A DNA stretch of 64,000 bases. Source: Lama glama (Eukaryota). This document shows positions 13,838 through 26,477 of this stretch, piece by piece (the stretch's first letter is position 1; every line of letters begins with the position of its first letter). The DNA lies in contig CM052846.1 in the NCBI GenBank assembly GCA_028534125.1, positions 434,001 through 498,000 on the forward strand. The letters run 5' to 3'. Made by a program: the position numbers and the translations under genes. The notes beneath the pieces were generated by a model that worked only from the letters and a program-made list of their open reading frames with translations, had not been told where the DNA came from and did no database searches.

Positions 13838-14470
13838 GTGGCCTGATTTTTCACAGCGTCCTGGTCTTGTTCCGCGTTCACAGCATCTTCTCACATCTCC
13901 CTGAGGACATCAGTCCAAGCTTCTGAAGTTTCTTTTTGTCTCCATTTCCTCAGAGTCTTTTTATTCTGCTCATTTGCTTCCATCTTTGTCTTTCAGGTGG
14001 GAAAGCCTCCCCGTCTGGTGACCTCTGGACTTCCTTCCATATTTTAGAGCAAAGCAATAGAAGCCCACCTTCATCTCCGTGTTTCTCAGGGGAGTCTGTC
14101 TACTGGTGGACCCTTTAAAGGCTAAGACAGTGACTGGCCATGGGCCCATCTCCCTGGTGTCAGAGATGTAGGTCTTTTTGTCTTGACACAGTCAGGTTTC
14201 TCTGGAGGAGTCCTCCATTCTCCGGCCAGACAGGAAAACCCTGGCTTTCACACCCTGAAGACTGGGGGGTCTCACCACTGAGCATGAGACCCTCAGCCTC
14301 TCTGCTTGGGGTGGGTCCTCACTCTTCTGGGGCTGAGCCCACAGCCTCTCTTCTTCAACCCCTTCAGCAAAATAAACTTCCCACTCGTGCAAAAGTAAGG
14401 GAAACAGAGCCCGGGGGCAGGACGTGTCTAATACAGCCAGCCCCTCCCCAGCCCTGCCTCCCGCGGTACT

Positions 14471-14554
14471 GGCACCTGTCCTTGCTGGGCCACCCTGGGG
14501 CACCCGTCCCCGCTGGGCCGCCATGGGGCACCTGTCCTCACTGGGCCGCCCTGG
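14471..14554. repeat. 28-bp tandem repeat, 3 copies
   Basis: ggcacctgtccttgctgggccaccctgg / ggcacccgtccccgctgggccgccatgg / ggcacctgtcctcactgggccgccctgg. Confidence 0.9.
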
Positions 14555-17500
14555 CTCAGAGACACAAGCCTGCCCGGCCAGCCCAGCTTCACTCTCTGCA
14601 GACCCACAAGGCCCAGTGACCTTCACAATCAGCTGCTACTCATTTTACTCTTTTTCCAAGAAAAACCTCATCTCCCAGCCACTTTTATTTTCTCTTCCAA
14701 TTTTTTTTTTTTTTGTCCTTGGGGTTTATACCTTTTTAACTCTTTCCTCCATTTCTGTGGGATTTGAGAAGGTGCGAGCGGCCAAAATGGAGGTCAGTCC
14801 TCCGGGACTAACGCACACCAGTCCCTGCACTCAGTGCTGAGAAGCAGAGGGGATGACACAGAAATTCCCAAAGACCCGGGGCCTCGGGCTGTTTCCACAC
14901 CACGCCAACACCCCACACAAGCTGGAGTCACCGGAACGGGAGGGGCCGCTGCTGGCTTCGCCCGTAGCGCGGTAACAGAGAGGGGGTTACACAGCCCCAC
15001 CTCCCGGGTGGAGAGCAGGGAGGACTGCGCTGAAAATGTGTCCCAAGAGACCGAAAGGCACGGAAGACGCCAGGACCAGAAGCCACATCTCCGGTGTAGC
15101 CCTCCCGTCAGCCACCCCGACGACGAACGCCCCGTTCAGCTATTATCACTGTTCTTGTTACGAATCACATGGGCCTCAGCATGGGTCACACACAGCCCAG
15201 GAACTGGCTGATCTGCGCAAGACCATACACCCAACCTGCCGCCACCACGGAGGCCTCCCCGGAGCACGCCTGCCCGGATGCTGGCTCATCACCAGAGAAA
15301 GTGGCACCCGACTGTCACCCATTGTGCGTTTTTTCGAGCAGGAGCTGAGAAATTCTAGCCAGCGGGGAGGGGAGTCATCACCCCCAGGCGGGGCGGGACG
15401 GGGCATGCGGAGTGCAAGGACCGCTCCCACCAGGCCAGGCGCAGGAGGCCACGCGGCCACGTCTCCTCCCCAGACCCGGTCCCCCTTGGTCTCTGCCCCT
15501 TCCCCTCCCCTCCTGTTTCCTGTCCCCTCCCTCCCTGCCCTGATCTCCGGATGAAAAGGCTACTCTTCTCCCCCTGACATCTTGCTGGGCTGTGAATACA
15601 CGTCTGTTGATTTGCATTTGGAGGAAGAATGAGAGAAAGGGGGTGAAGAAAAGAGAAACACAGAGTCACACATCCCCCGACTCCATGGCTACCAGGGGGC
15701 CATGCTCAGGCCAGGGCGGAGGATTTTAACTGTGCCTTTCTCCCCCAAGCCCGCCAGCCTCTCCATCACCAGCTGCTGCCCCAGCTCCACGCAGCCCCAG
15801 GCCCACGTGCTCCAAGACGCCCGGCACAGAGACCCCATCTCAGTCTCCGCCCCTCCTCCACGGATGAGCTGACACTGACCCTTTGTGTGAGGCTCAAGAC
15901 CCGAGGAAGTGTTCTTGCAGGACAGGCGCTTGGGAGAGGCCAGCAGGCTTCTTAGCAAAGGCTGCCCCAGAGGCCGCGTGACAGTGACTCCAGGGTCATG
16001 CCTGGCGCTCTTGACAATTTTAAAGTCCAAGTAATTATAAGCACACAGCTAGGAACCACACACCTAGGTGACGCTGCAGGATCTGACAGTTTCCAGCCGT
16101 GAGATGCTTACTTCCACATTCGCCTCTTTCCAGAGACAAGAGGCAGGCACGGGGAAGGCACCTGCCCCCTCCGGGGTCACGCCCGGCGTCCGTCGACGGC
16201 CGCACAGAGATGCAGGCAGACTCTGCAGGGGGCTGGGAGCTTGTGCTCAGCGAGGCATCATTTCCGCTCAACGCGTGTCCTTCTGTGTGGAAAATTAAGT
16301 CAGCCTCTCTTCGTGGGCCACGTCGGCCTATTTTCAAGTAATGCTTACTGAGGTTTAATTGGCCCATCGCACAGGACAGGACGCTGGGTCCGAACGGAAG
16401 ACTGAGCCCCTGCAGACAGGCCGTGGCCCTGATGTCCTGCACCTATTCCTGGGGAAGGGGGAGCAGACCAAGGAACACCTGGGAAAACCCCGGAAAGCGG
16501 GAAGCAGGCGCACAAACGCCCGGTCGTGACTGTGCTGCCGCCAGGAACTCGCCAGGCCCGGCCACCCTGCGCGTTTCACGAACAGCACACTTAGCGTCAG
16601 CCAGAGGTATTGGGGCCATTTGCGTGAAATCAGTGGGCACAGTGTTTTAAATAGTCCCTGCTTTGGCTCAGTCCACATGCAGGCCTTTCAAATTGGAAAC
16701 ACTGGACTGAGCAGTAATGACAGGGGGAAAAACAAACTCCAGCCCCACCTATTTGGCCTGGAAATTGTGGATCGCTCGAGACTGAAATGAGTCTGATTTC
16801 GCTCCTCAGTGGAAGGCTGGCTGATGACACAGCAGAGCCGCAGCACTGAGGGGAAGACGCCCTCCTGCAAAATTAGGTTCTTCAAGCTGCGCTGGGTGCC
16901 TGTGTTTGACACCCTCGCTTCTGCTTTCAGTATTTCCTTGAAGGATGGAGGAGCCTCCGAGGCCTCGGGACTTCAGCTGAACTAGAGCCTCTCGGTCAGG
17001 ACGCACACCAGCAGGCGCCCCTGCGCAGGGGGCCGTGCTGTGAGCCGGGTCCCTGCCAGGCAGGCCCTGAACACCACTCTCTCTAGCTCACTAGGCTTTC
17101 CCTTTGCTGAGGGGCATGCTGGGTACCCCTGGAATGAACGATTCTCCCCCAAATCTTTGCCACGCCTGGAAGGCGGAGCTGCTGAAAGCAGAGGCCAGCG
17201 TCCAAGAAGGTGCCACGAGGACGTCGCCGGGGGGCCTGGGGCAGGTCTCCAGGGCACTACGCCTCTTCTGTTGTCTTTTCCGTGAATTGAGTGGGCCCCT
17301 CATCACTTCTGCCACCAATGAAGGTTTTGGACTCTCCAGGAAAACTGGGCCTATGGCCACGGCCGCTCCAGAGCAAGAAGGGTGATCAAGCCAACGAATC
17401 TCCACGCCCTCGGCCTCCTTCCAGGGTGCCTCTCCGCTGCCTGACATGAACATTTCCAGGGCCTCCTCGAAGGCGTGCGTCTTACCAAGGATGTGCAGCT

Positions 17501-18840
17501 GGAGAAAACGACTTCGTGAATTTATGTCAAAACACCGAACGGAGTCAGGGGTTGGTTATGCACGCGTAACCTGGCCCTGCACGGGGCGCCCCCGCCCCCA
17601 GGAGGCTGCTCAGGACTCAGCGGCCGCTTGTGAACTAGCTGACCGACGGTGGCCGTGTGTCCCTTCAGGGCCCCCCCCCACCTTCCCAGCTCAGCGCTCG
17701 AAGCATCCGAAGCCCTCACAAGGCTATTCCCACTCACCACTCGACACTGTTTTCAGGTAGAACGCGGCGAGCAGAGCCTTTTGCCAGGAACCGCCAGGGC
17801 CGGTGTTCCGAGCCGAGGGACACGGGGTCCAGCTGGGCCGAAGGGCACCCCCAGCCTGGTCTCAGAGACACGACTTCCCGGCCACGACCTCAGAGCATCA
17901 GGACCGTGAGACGCCGGCACTCGGCTCTGACTGCCAAGAGGAAACTTTTCTTCCCTGGGCACCTTCATTAAAGGACTGAGGACCCAACCATGGCCCGCAG
18001 AAGGTGGCTCAGGAGCCAGACCTGCAGCGTCCCACATCTTTCCTGCAGAGTGTGTTCTAGGTCTGCAAGCTGTCAGCCTGCAGCCCCGAGCTGACCCTCA
18101 GACCGCTTTGTGTGTCCCAGGGAGGGCAGCTGCTGTCATGACCCCAGCCCTGCGACCGCCCAGCTGCCCGCTGCCCATCTAGTCCCACCTCAGGTGACCC
18201 TGCAGATCTGGGTGGGCCTCCGGGCCCACAATCCAGGTGGAGGCCACTCCCCACCCTCCCTGTGCCAATGCCCTCCGTTGGGCCTGCAGCTCCTTGTCAG
18301 ATGCCCCCTGAGCTGCCATGCTGACGAGCAGCTGTCTTCCCTTCTTTATGTCTTAATTTGCATCTCTCAGCCTCAGCCTCCTCCCTACCTGCCTCTCCGA
18401 CCCGGTTCTGTCCCAGCGTGTCCCCCATGGTGTGCCCTCAGGGACTTTATACCTGGCTCCACATTGTCTGGTTTTCCTCATTGTCCTGTTCTAGTCATTA
18501 AAAAGTCAGAAATATGGAAACTTACATTTAGCACAGTCACAGACAACTTCCGTTGCAGTCAAGTGACATTACACTTACAATACACATGCATTCAAAGCCG
18601 GGTCACTTCGTGGACGACCAACTGTTTCTTTTTCCAAGCCCTTGAATAAGGAGGTGGTGGACCCTACGCTGGGCACGCGGCATGCGGTGGACAGCAGTCG
18701 GCACCGCAGAGGTAGCAGGTCCTCAGGCAAACGTCCAGACAGACCTGGAATCCAGTCTGGCCCCAGGCGGGGCCGGGCCTCTCCCATCTCCAGCTTCCTC
18801 ATCCGTCACGTGGAGGTAGGGATGCGACCGCCCTCCACAT

Positions 18841-19524
18841 TGTTGTGGGAAACCCGGTGTCATGGAAAAATGTGTCACAGCTCAGTTGTGACAGCAACCT
18901 GCATCCCGTCGAGAGACAAAGCGGCACTCGGAGAGATGGAGAACTCAGGTGTATTACACCAGCAGGCACAGAGGAGCTAACACTCCAAGCTCTGGACCGC
19001 GTCTGTAGGCTTACACAGGCCTTTATAGGCTGCCAGTTTTATACTTTGCAACATCATATGCAAATAAAGTACAACAGAAGTTGACCAACCAGGAACAAAC
19101 TTTGTAGAAATGAACTGATCAGGAGTGAGAGAAATAGCCAATCAGGAGTGAGCTCCATGCAAATGAAGTACTACAAATGGGCCAATCAGAAGTCAAGGAA
19201 GTGGACCAATCAGGAATGAGAGTAATAATCAACCAGGAGTGAAGGAAATAACCAATCAGAAGGGAGCTCAGGGAACCAATAGAATTTTAGGTGTAAGTTA
19301 GCCATTTCAGAGGCAAAAAGTGAGATAGAGCCTCTGGGCCGGGGAACCAGACGGTGCTGGCAGGAGACCCCGGGGGTCCTGCCGGTCTTTTTATGGGGCT
19401 TCCCGCCTCACCGGCAGGTAGGAAACGCCCAACCAGGGTGAGCTGTAACAGTCCCTGCGGTCGGCATTCATGGGCCCGCTCCCCGCGCGGGACCCTGTGC
19501 TGGGCACCTGGCGCACAGTGGACA
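18841..19524 (-). mobile_element. Solo ERV1-type LTR (about 684 bp), CCAAT/octamer-rich
   Basis: TGTT...GACA termini with a probable 4-bp TSD (ACAT/GCAT). Minus-strand TATAAA at 19022-19027 and a degenerate poly(A) signal near 18950. Five CCAAT boxes and two ATGCAAAT octamers in the U3-like part. Confidence 0.75.
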
Positions 19525-20044
19525 GCATCGCCAGTCGGGCCCGCAGCCGCCCAAGTTTAAAACCTGAGCGAGACAGACTTCTGTTAAATGACCACACCCA
19601 TCGTTCTCAGTGACAACTGCAATGACTGTCTTGAGGTGGGGACGTTGTATGAGCCCCACCGACCTCACAGAGCTGACTCGAAGGGCATATAAAGGCCTGT
19701 AAAGTCTGTGTAAACCTACAGACGGGGTCCAGAGTTACCATCTGGGTAAGCGGTCAGCACAGCACCCGGCCCCCGTAGGGAGTCAGGACTGGGCCACCAG
19801 GGTGACCATTTGGGGCGTGGAATTGCAATTGCCTGGGAGACATCCAAGTGGAGACGTCACTTAAGATGCTGAATACACAAATCTGCAGCTCTGGGGGGCT
19901 TCTGACTGGGGACTGGGGACACGTGCGTGCAGGGTCATTGGGGGGCCAGCTTCCTCCTCTCCGGGCTTCTTCCGGTTCCAGTCAGAGAAACTTCTGCCTC
20001 CTGGGAAAAGTACTAGAGAAGTCGTCGTCTTTTGTTTCACGTTT

Positions 20045-20164
20045 TGCGGGTTGGTAATTCCGTTTATTTATTTTTTTAAGTGGAGGCACTGGGGACTGAA
20101 CCCAAGACTCCGTGCATGCTAAGCACACGCTCTACCCCTGCTACCCCTGAGCTACCCTTCCCCC
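20045..20164 (-). mobile_element. Camelid tRNA-derived SINE (Vic-1 type)
   Basis: 'tttatttatttttttaagtggaggcactggggactgaacccaagactccgtgcatgctaagcacacgctctacc...gagctaccc', homologous to the copy at 13717. Confidence 0.85.
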
Positions 20165-21754
20165 AAAAGGAGTTGCAGTCTCTGCTTCGTGAACTCTTTT
20201 TCCCCCGTAAGAATAGGCTGCTCATCTGGTTAGAGAGGTGATGAGGGTCCGCGTCCCGGTTCCTTCACTGCAGAGCTAACGTGCTGCCAGCCCAGCTGAT
20301 GCGAATTCAGCCTCCCCCCACCCCGCCCGCACCCCTCCCCCGGACTGCCTGCAGCACCTGTGTGTTTTCCTTCCTGCTCCTTCCCCTCTCGATGCCAGGC
20401 TCCAGGCAGGTCCTGTCTCCGCAGGGGGAGGCCTACAGCTACGGCTGACAGATTAGTCTGCCCGCAGCTGAGTGAATAAAACCAATTGGGAGAAAGAAGG
20501 GTATTAAGTGGAGGCGCTCGTTCTGGACCTGAGTCAAGGCTGCGCCCTGCGATTCCGCTTCACCCGTAATAAAATGGAGAGTTTGACACCTGCTTGACTT
20601 TGGCTTTCTCAGTTGGTTTAGACCTTAGTGGAGGAGAGAAATGATCAATTGTGCCTTTTAATCCCAACAGTAATTGAAGCAATCACTGACGTCTAGGAGA
20701 TAATCGCAGGAAAATAACAGTCAGAGGTAAGAGGACCTAGAACTGAGTCTTAAAAACCCTGTTAATGTCCTGGCTGAAGAAGGACTAGCCGAGGGCGAGG
20801 GTGGGGGGGATTAAGACAAAAGGGGGCCACACGAGCCAAAAGGAGAAAGAATCTGGAGGAGGAGGCAGTGACCAGCAAGGCAGAAGGTTGCCGGCAAATC
20901 TGAGCTACGAGTATTAACATATTTCCATCACACTGTTTTCAGGGAGGCCAGTAATTGCCTTGGTGAAAATTCTTCTGTAGAAAAAAAGGGACAGAAGCCA
21001 AACCACCGTGGGAAAAAGAGCAAACCCAGGAAGGCGGCTCCACCAGAAGCGCAGCTCTGGGCAGGCGGCCGACCTCCAGACCCCACCGAGGCGTCTATCC
21101 CATGGAAGCCCCCGCCCACACCTCACAGCTGGCCTGGGAGAGCTCGACTCTGCGTGTAACTCCCCCACCCCACCCCGTTTCATCAACGACTCACAGGAAC
21201 AATGCTCACAAGAATTTTTTTTTCTTTCAAGACTGGGTTGAAACGCACCCAGAGTAACACCTGTGAGCGTGACCGCAGCAGGTTAGAGGTCAACTTCCCG
21301 ACGCCCTGACTCCCACGTACCTGAGATGGGGCGGAACCAGGGAGAACGGTTCCCTTCAGAGGTGCGCGCAGAATTCAGAAGCGCACCCTCTGTTGACGTA
21401 CTTCCATGGGGTTCCCCAGATAAACGCAGACAACTCACAGCCCGCCTCCCGGCCCCAGTCAGCCCACCCCTCCCCTGGAGCCGCACCGGCCCTGCTCCGT
21501 CATGGGGGACACCCCGGGACGCACACCGAAGGGGTCTGTTGTCTTCACTGCACTTTATCGCAGCTCAACAGAACAGCCACGCTGCCTAGCTTCGGTCAGA
21601 GGGCCTGTTAGGGTGGGAAGCTCTGGAAGAGAACGGCATGTGCCAGTGTGCGGAGAGAAGGCCGGTCACGGCCGCCCCGGACCTCGCTGGGGAGTTTGTT
21701 CTCTGCAGACAGAGGGACAGAATTAGCGCCTTCACCTCCCCATCTCCTTGTGCT

Positions 21755-22088
21755 ACTTTTTTCTTTTCTTTTCTTTTCTTTTCTTTTAATTGCAGTTCAG
21801 TTGATTTACAACGTTCTGCTAGTTTTTGGTGTGTGGCAGAGTGATTCAGTATTATATGCATATATATTTCTATACACTTCAACTGACAGGAGCTAAATTT
21901 CCAGAATATACAAACAGCTCACACAACTCAATAACAAAAACACCAACAACCCAATCCAAAAACGGGCAGGAGACCTGAACAGACATTTGTCCAACGAAGA
22001 CACACAGCGGCCAAGAGGCACGTGAAAAGATGCTCAGTATCGCTAATTATCAGAGATGCAAACTGACACCCACAGTGAGGTGCCCTCT
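21755..22088. mobile_element. 5'-truncated, 5'-inverted L1 insertion
   Basis: T-rich tail plus antisense L1 3' end (21755-about 21875), then sense late-ORF2 sequence ('gacctgaacagacattt', 'aaaagatgctcagtatcgctaattatcagaga'). Degenerate 15-bp TSD at 21740-21754 and 22089-22103. Confidence 0.8.
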
Positions 22089-23087
22089 CCACCTCCCTGA
22101 GCTGTTACCTGGAAAGCACTGTAAGTTCGTCTAACTTCTGAGGAAGGCTCTTGGTAGCTCGCTCTAAGGAGGGACTGAGACAAAGTGCTCAGAGCCCAGA
22201 GGAAAGGCCCGGGCCCTGGGGAAGCCCAGGCGGGCTAATTCTGCTGCCCTTTGAGTGAAGAAAGGCTCAGCGTGAGAAGTCTCGGCTGGCGAGGAGGGCG
22301 GCGGCGGGGATCGTGAGCAGCTCAGGAGGCTGAAGCCTCAGGGCTGAGCCGTAGGACGTCCTCACCGAGACGGGGTTGCAAAGCGCGACGGAAAGGAAGG
22401 GGGACCAGTGCTAGCAGCTGGAGAATCTGGACTGTTCACAGCGCCCCTGGGAGCCCTGGTCTGAGTCCCAAGGGGACGTGAGTGAGGCCATCCTTCCGGA
22501 CAAGCCCGCTCCCCTGACGGTGCGCTCACTCCGCCTCACAGCCCCGCACCCCGCAGGCCGGGGGAGACTCAGGGGGTCTCGGGTTGTGTCGCGTTGCGGG
22601 AGGGCAGGGGTGAGCCATGCAGTCCATCAGAGCGGTGCCACCTGCTCACCCTCGGGGCTGCCCAGCCCAGCCCGAGAACGCCGGGTGTGGCCGCAGCCGA
22701 GGACGGAAAATACAGATCTGAGGGTTTTAAACGTTAGTAACAGCGTCTGGGTGGGTAAATAAGAGACTGTGAGGCGCCAGCACCAGCCACGATGCGCGGG
22801 CCCCGCTGTCCGGCGGGCTGCCTGTGTCCGAGCTGCAGCTCGAGTTTGGACGTCACGGTTTCTATTCTGCAGCAAAAGGAAACCCAAAGCTGGTAGACCG
22901 ACAAGACCCAGCTTGAGGTTCCTGGGAACGCGCCTCCTTGTAACTCCGCTTTCCCCGAAGAGGGAAGCTTGGGAGGACAAAGAAGGGGGACACGCCACCC
23001 TGCCTCCCTCCCGGCACCCTCGTCCCCACCCGCACCAACTGGAACGTTTTCAGGCCCGAGTTATGATTTAAATGAAGCTCACCGCAC

Positions 23088-23250
23088 NNNNNNNNNNNNN
23101 NNNNNNNNNNNNNNNNNNNNNNNNNNNNNNNNNNNNNNNNNNNNNNNNNNNNNNNNNNNNNNNNNNNNNNNNNNNNNNNNNNNNNNNNNNNNNNNNNNNN
23201 NNNNNNNNNNNNNNNNNNNNNNNNNNNNNNNNNNNNNNNNNNNNNNNNNN
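23088..23250. other. Assembly gap (163 N)
   Basis: Run of N. Confidence 1.
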
Positions 23251-25759
23251 NAAAGCAAAAGGTCAGCTGGCCCCCGCTGTCAGTCGGGGGAACACAGCCC
23301 GGCCGGGGTCTCCTCCCCACTGCACCCCATGCCCGAGGAGGTGCCCTATGCACAGTAGCTCAGACCCTCCCCGTCTTCCAAGAAAGTCACATCCGCTATG
23401 TTTCAAATAGTCCAAGATCGAGCCTGTCACCCTCCCTTGGGCTGTAGCTGCCAGACACGAACATTCAGTGATGCCCAGAGTCAGGGGATGGGCGCAGAAG
23501 GGGCACGGTTCCGGGGGCTCCCTTCCACCCCAGGTGCTCCTTCCAGCGGAGCTCCGGGGGAGAGGACGGCGTGGGAGGATGGCAGTGTCCCTGGAGTCCA
23601 AGGACCAGGAGGCGGGGTGGACCTGCCGTCAGAAGGGACCCATCCCAGGACAGCCAGAGCCACTGCCCTTCGGCTGCTGCTGCCTCTGCCGAGGAGGGCG
23701 CCGGTGTCGGGGGGGCAGGAGAACCGTCAGCCTGGGTCAGAGTCTCCAGGGGTTGGTTCCGGATTTGTTTCCCCTTCAGAGAAACATAGCACCGTTTCCT
23801 TGAGCTGTGTTCCAAAGTCCTTCGCGGTAACGAAGAGAAGAAAGCGAGTGACAAGCATTTGAGTCCCCCTTGCTGTCTCCCCAAACAAAGGGTTACTCAG
23901 TGAGGAGAGAGGCTCAGCGTTCCTGCCGCGGTCCCCGCCTCCCGGGCGCAGGGGCTGGGCTTTCTCCAGCGACGCTCAGGGCCGCCCCGGGCAGTCCCGC
24001 CCCAGGAGAGCCGCGCTGCACCGCACCAGTCCTCTTTTATCTGAGTTCATTGCTAACATCTAGAAATCAGGGATTTCACATAAAACCCAGTTTCTCTTGA
24101 GAAATTCTCAGAGCTGGCATCATCAGAAGCGTATTTCTGCCCGGCGACAATCTGCCTGCTCCGAGGAGCAGCTGCCCGCATTGGAAGAGAAGCGGTCCCC
24201 CGCGCACCCCGCCCCTCCCCCGAGGCCCAGCACTGAGTCACGCCACCCGCCTGGCCCTTGAAGGCACGTGCGTCTCGGGCTCCTGAGCGAGGCGGCTGAC
24301 TCTGAGGGAGAAATAGAGGCGCAGAGATTGGGGCAACATCTTTTCTCTTGACGTGGGGTTGGCGCAGCATTAAAATATATCTGTAAACCCTCTAGCAGGA
24401 AATTAAAGTGAAATTAATAAGCCTCTCTGATTTTTTTCTTAAAAAACTTTCCAAAAATGAAAAGATAAATCTCTACCATGGCTCTGAGTTTCCTACATTT
24501 TAGTCATCTGTTTATTTACCATTCTTTACCGACAACAGACTGTGAGCAATTTCAGGGCAGGAGCCGAGTTCACTTTCCTTTGCATGCTGGTGTCTATTGC
24601 CACGTTGGTGCATCGTGGACCACGATCCATGGAGGCAAGGAAAGAAGAGAGCAGTTACCACAGCCGGAAGCTTGGCGTTGGAGCCTGCAAGGGTTTCCCG
24701 CTCAGGGGAAGACCCCAGTCTAGGGTTCTCCTTAGTCTGTCAGGTCCCAAACGAACAGGGCAGACCGTCCCCGGCCAGCCCAGAAAGGAGGCAGGGCTCG
24801 CCCGCCCGCAGTGTGCTTGGGCGACCTCTGACGGTAACAGGGACAGGGGGTGCCGCCCACGAGACAGCCCAGGCCGTGGGTGATGGCAGCGGGGGCTGCT
24901 TTTCCAGCAGAACCGAACCAGGGAGCCCCTGCAAACCGCTGCCCTCCTGCTCCGACGGTGGCTTTGTGAGCGGAACTGTTTCGAATGAAATAGCTCTGAT
25001 CCAGGAGGACAGAACACCGTCGGGCGATTCGGTGGGACGCTGGGTTCCACCACCCGAGGGGTGAAGGTGCTGTGAGAGGTAATAACGAAAAGGAAGGTGC
25101 TCGTGAAGGCTGTCCTCACCCGGACTCCCGCTAGGGCCCAACAAGCCACCAGACAGCAGAGTGAGAGGCAAAGATCCCCTCTTTAGTCTGAGAGAGAGTC
25201 CACCTCAGACAGCGTTTCGGGGCAAGGCTTGCAAAAATAAGAAATCTATTGAAAAAACCATCACTGAGTGCACTGAAATATTTTAGGGTTTCTGTGGGTC
25301 TCCACAAGAGAAAAGCAGGCTGTCTTTTCCTGTAGTTTCAATAAATGCTATGGACGGGGGTCCTGTCGCCTCTCTCTCTGCCCACGGGCACACCCGATGG
25401 AGCAGCCGGGCCAGAACAGCGCCCCCCACCCCGCCTGGACGCCCCCGCCCCGTCCTCACCATCCTTCGTCCCCCGTCCGGGCCCTGCAGCAGCCTGCCAG
25501 CCAGCGTTCCTGACTCCGATCCTGCCCCCGCTTCAAACAGCGTCTCCGTCCGGCCAATAAATGAAATCTTCTCAGGACACAAATCTGGCCCCACCTTCAT
25601 CCTCCACTCACACCCACCTGGTATTTCCCAGGGCCCGATGTGGGCGTGAGTCCCACAGACCTGTGTGCCCAGCATCGCCAGGGTCACAGGCGAGCCCGGG
25701 CCACCACTGTCTGGCCCTGGTCTCCCTCGCTCCCCACACCCTGGACCACGTGGGCATTT

Positions 25760-26150
25760 GCGGAGTAGCCAACGCGTCAGTGACCAGATGTCATTTGTAA
25801 AGAACATCCAACCTGACCCAGTCCGAGGAGTGTCGCTCCCACCACAGCCCTAAACGCTGGTCTCCCTCCTCCACTGAGATGCCAGAAACATTTCCTGGTC
25901 TCGCCTCAAGGACACTGACCACTTGTCCGTGACCCTCCACCTAAAGCAGCCGGCACTCCGCCACGGTCATCCCTGGTCTGTCCCTGCTTCAGTTCTCATC
26001 GCAGCACTCAGTGCCTGACACAGGTTGCACATCTGTCCGTCTGTCTGCGCCTTCCCCGCCAGGACACAGCGACACTTTGTCTCGTTTACTGTGCATCCTC
26101 AGTGCCTAGACCTGGGCTTGCAATATCTGCTGAACACAGGCATGGATGGC
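25760..26150 (+). mobile_element. L2 LINE 3' fragment
   Basis: Ends '...ctttgtctcgtttactgtgcatcctcagtgcctaga...aatatctgctgaa...atggatgg', an L2 terminal pattern. Confidence 0.55.
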
Positions 26151-26477
26151 TGAGCGCTGCCGCCCGACGAAGCCTGTGTGAACAGGAGCCCGTCCCGGCC
26201 GCCACGCACCGTGTTCTTGCTCTAAGAAGGCTCCTTTTCATCAAGAGTAACAAATATCCTGAGACGGGCAACTATCCACCAGGAAAGATGAGACCATGTG
26301 ATCACCAGGAGAGGGAGTTTGTCAGACACTAAGATTTGGGCCCAAGCAAATCCACAGACTGGTCCATACCTCCCCGACTCCCTGGGGTCTGGGACGGGAC
26401 CCCTCCCCAGCGCTCCTGTCGGTCCCTGGAGGTACCTGCACACGACATGTTACGGACTCATGTGCCTTCCCTCCACC

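Larger units (their letters stand above)
12550..14810 (-). mobile_element. HAL1/L1M-type old LINE fragment (ORF1 region), interrupted by a SINE
   Basis: 'ttgaaaatggctttattcta', 'tagaattctaggtttaaaa', 'aattttgaagcc' and 'gttactgctgaaaagtctg' match recalled antisense HAL1/L1M ORF1 sequence. Confidence 0.65.

Noticed and set aside
16800-17560. Exon-like stretch with a 120-aa minus-strand ORF
   Set aside because: No similarity to any protein I recognise and no clear splice boundaries.
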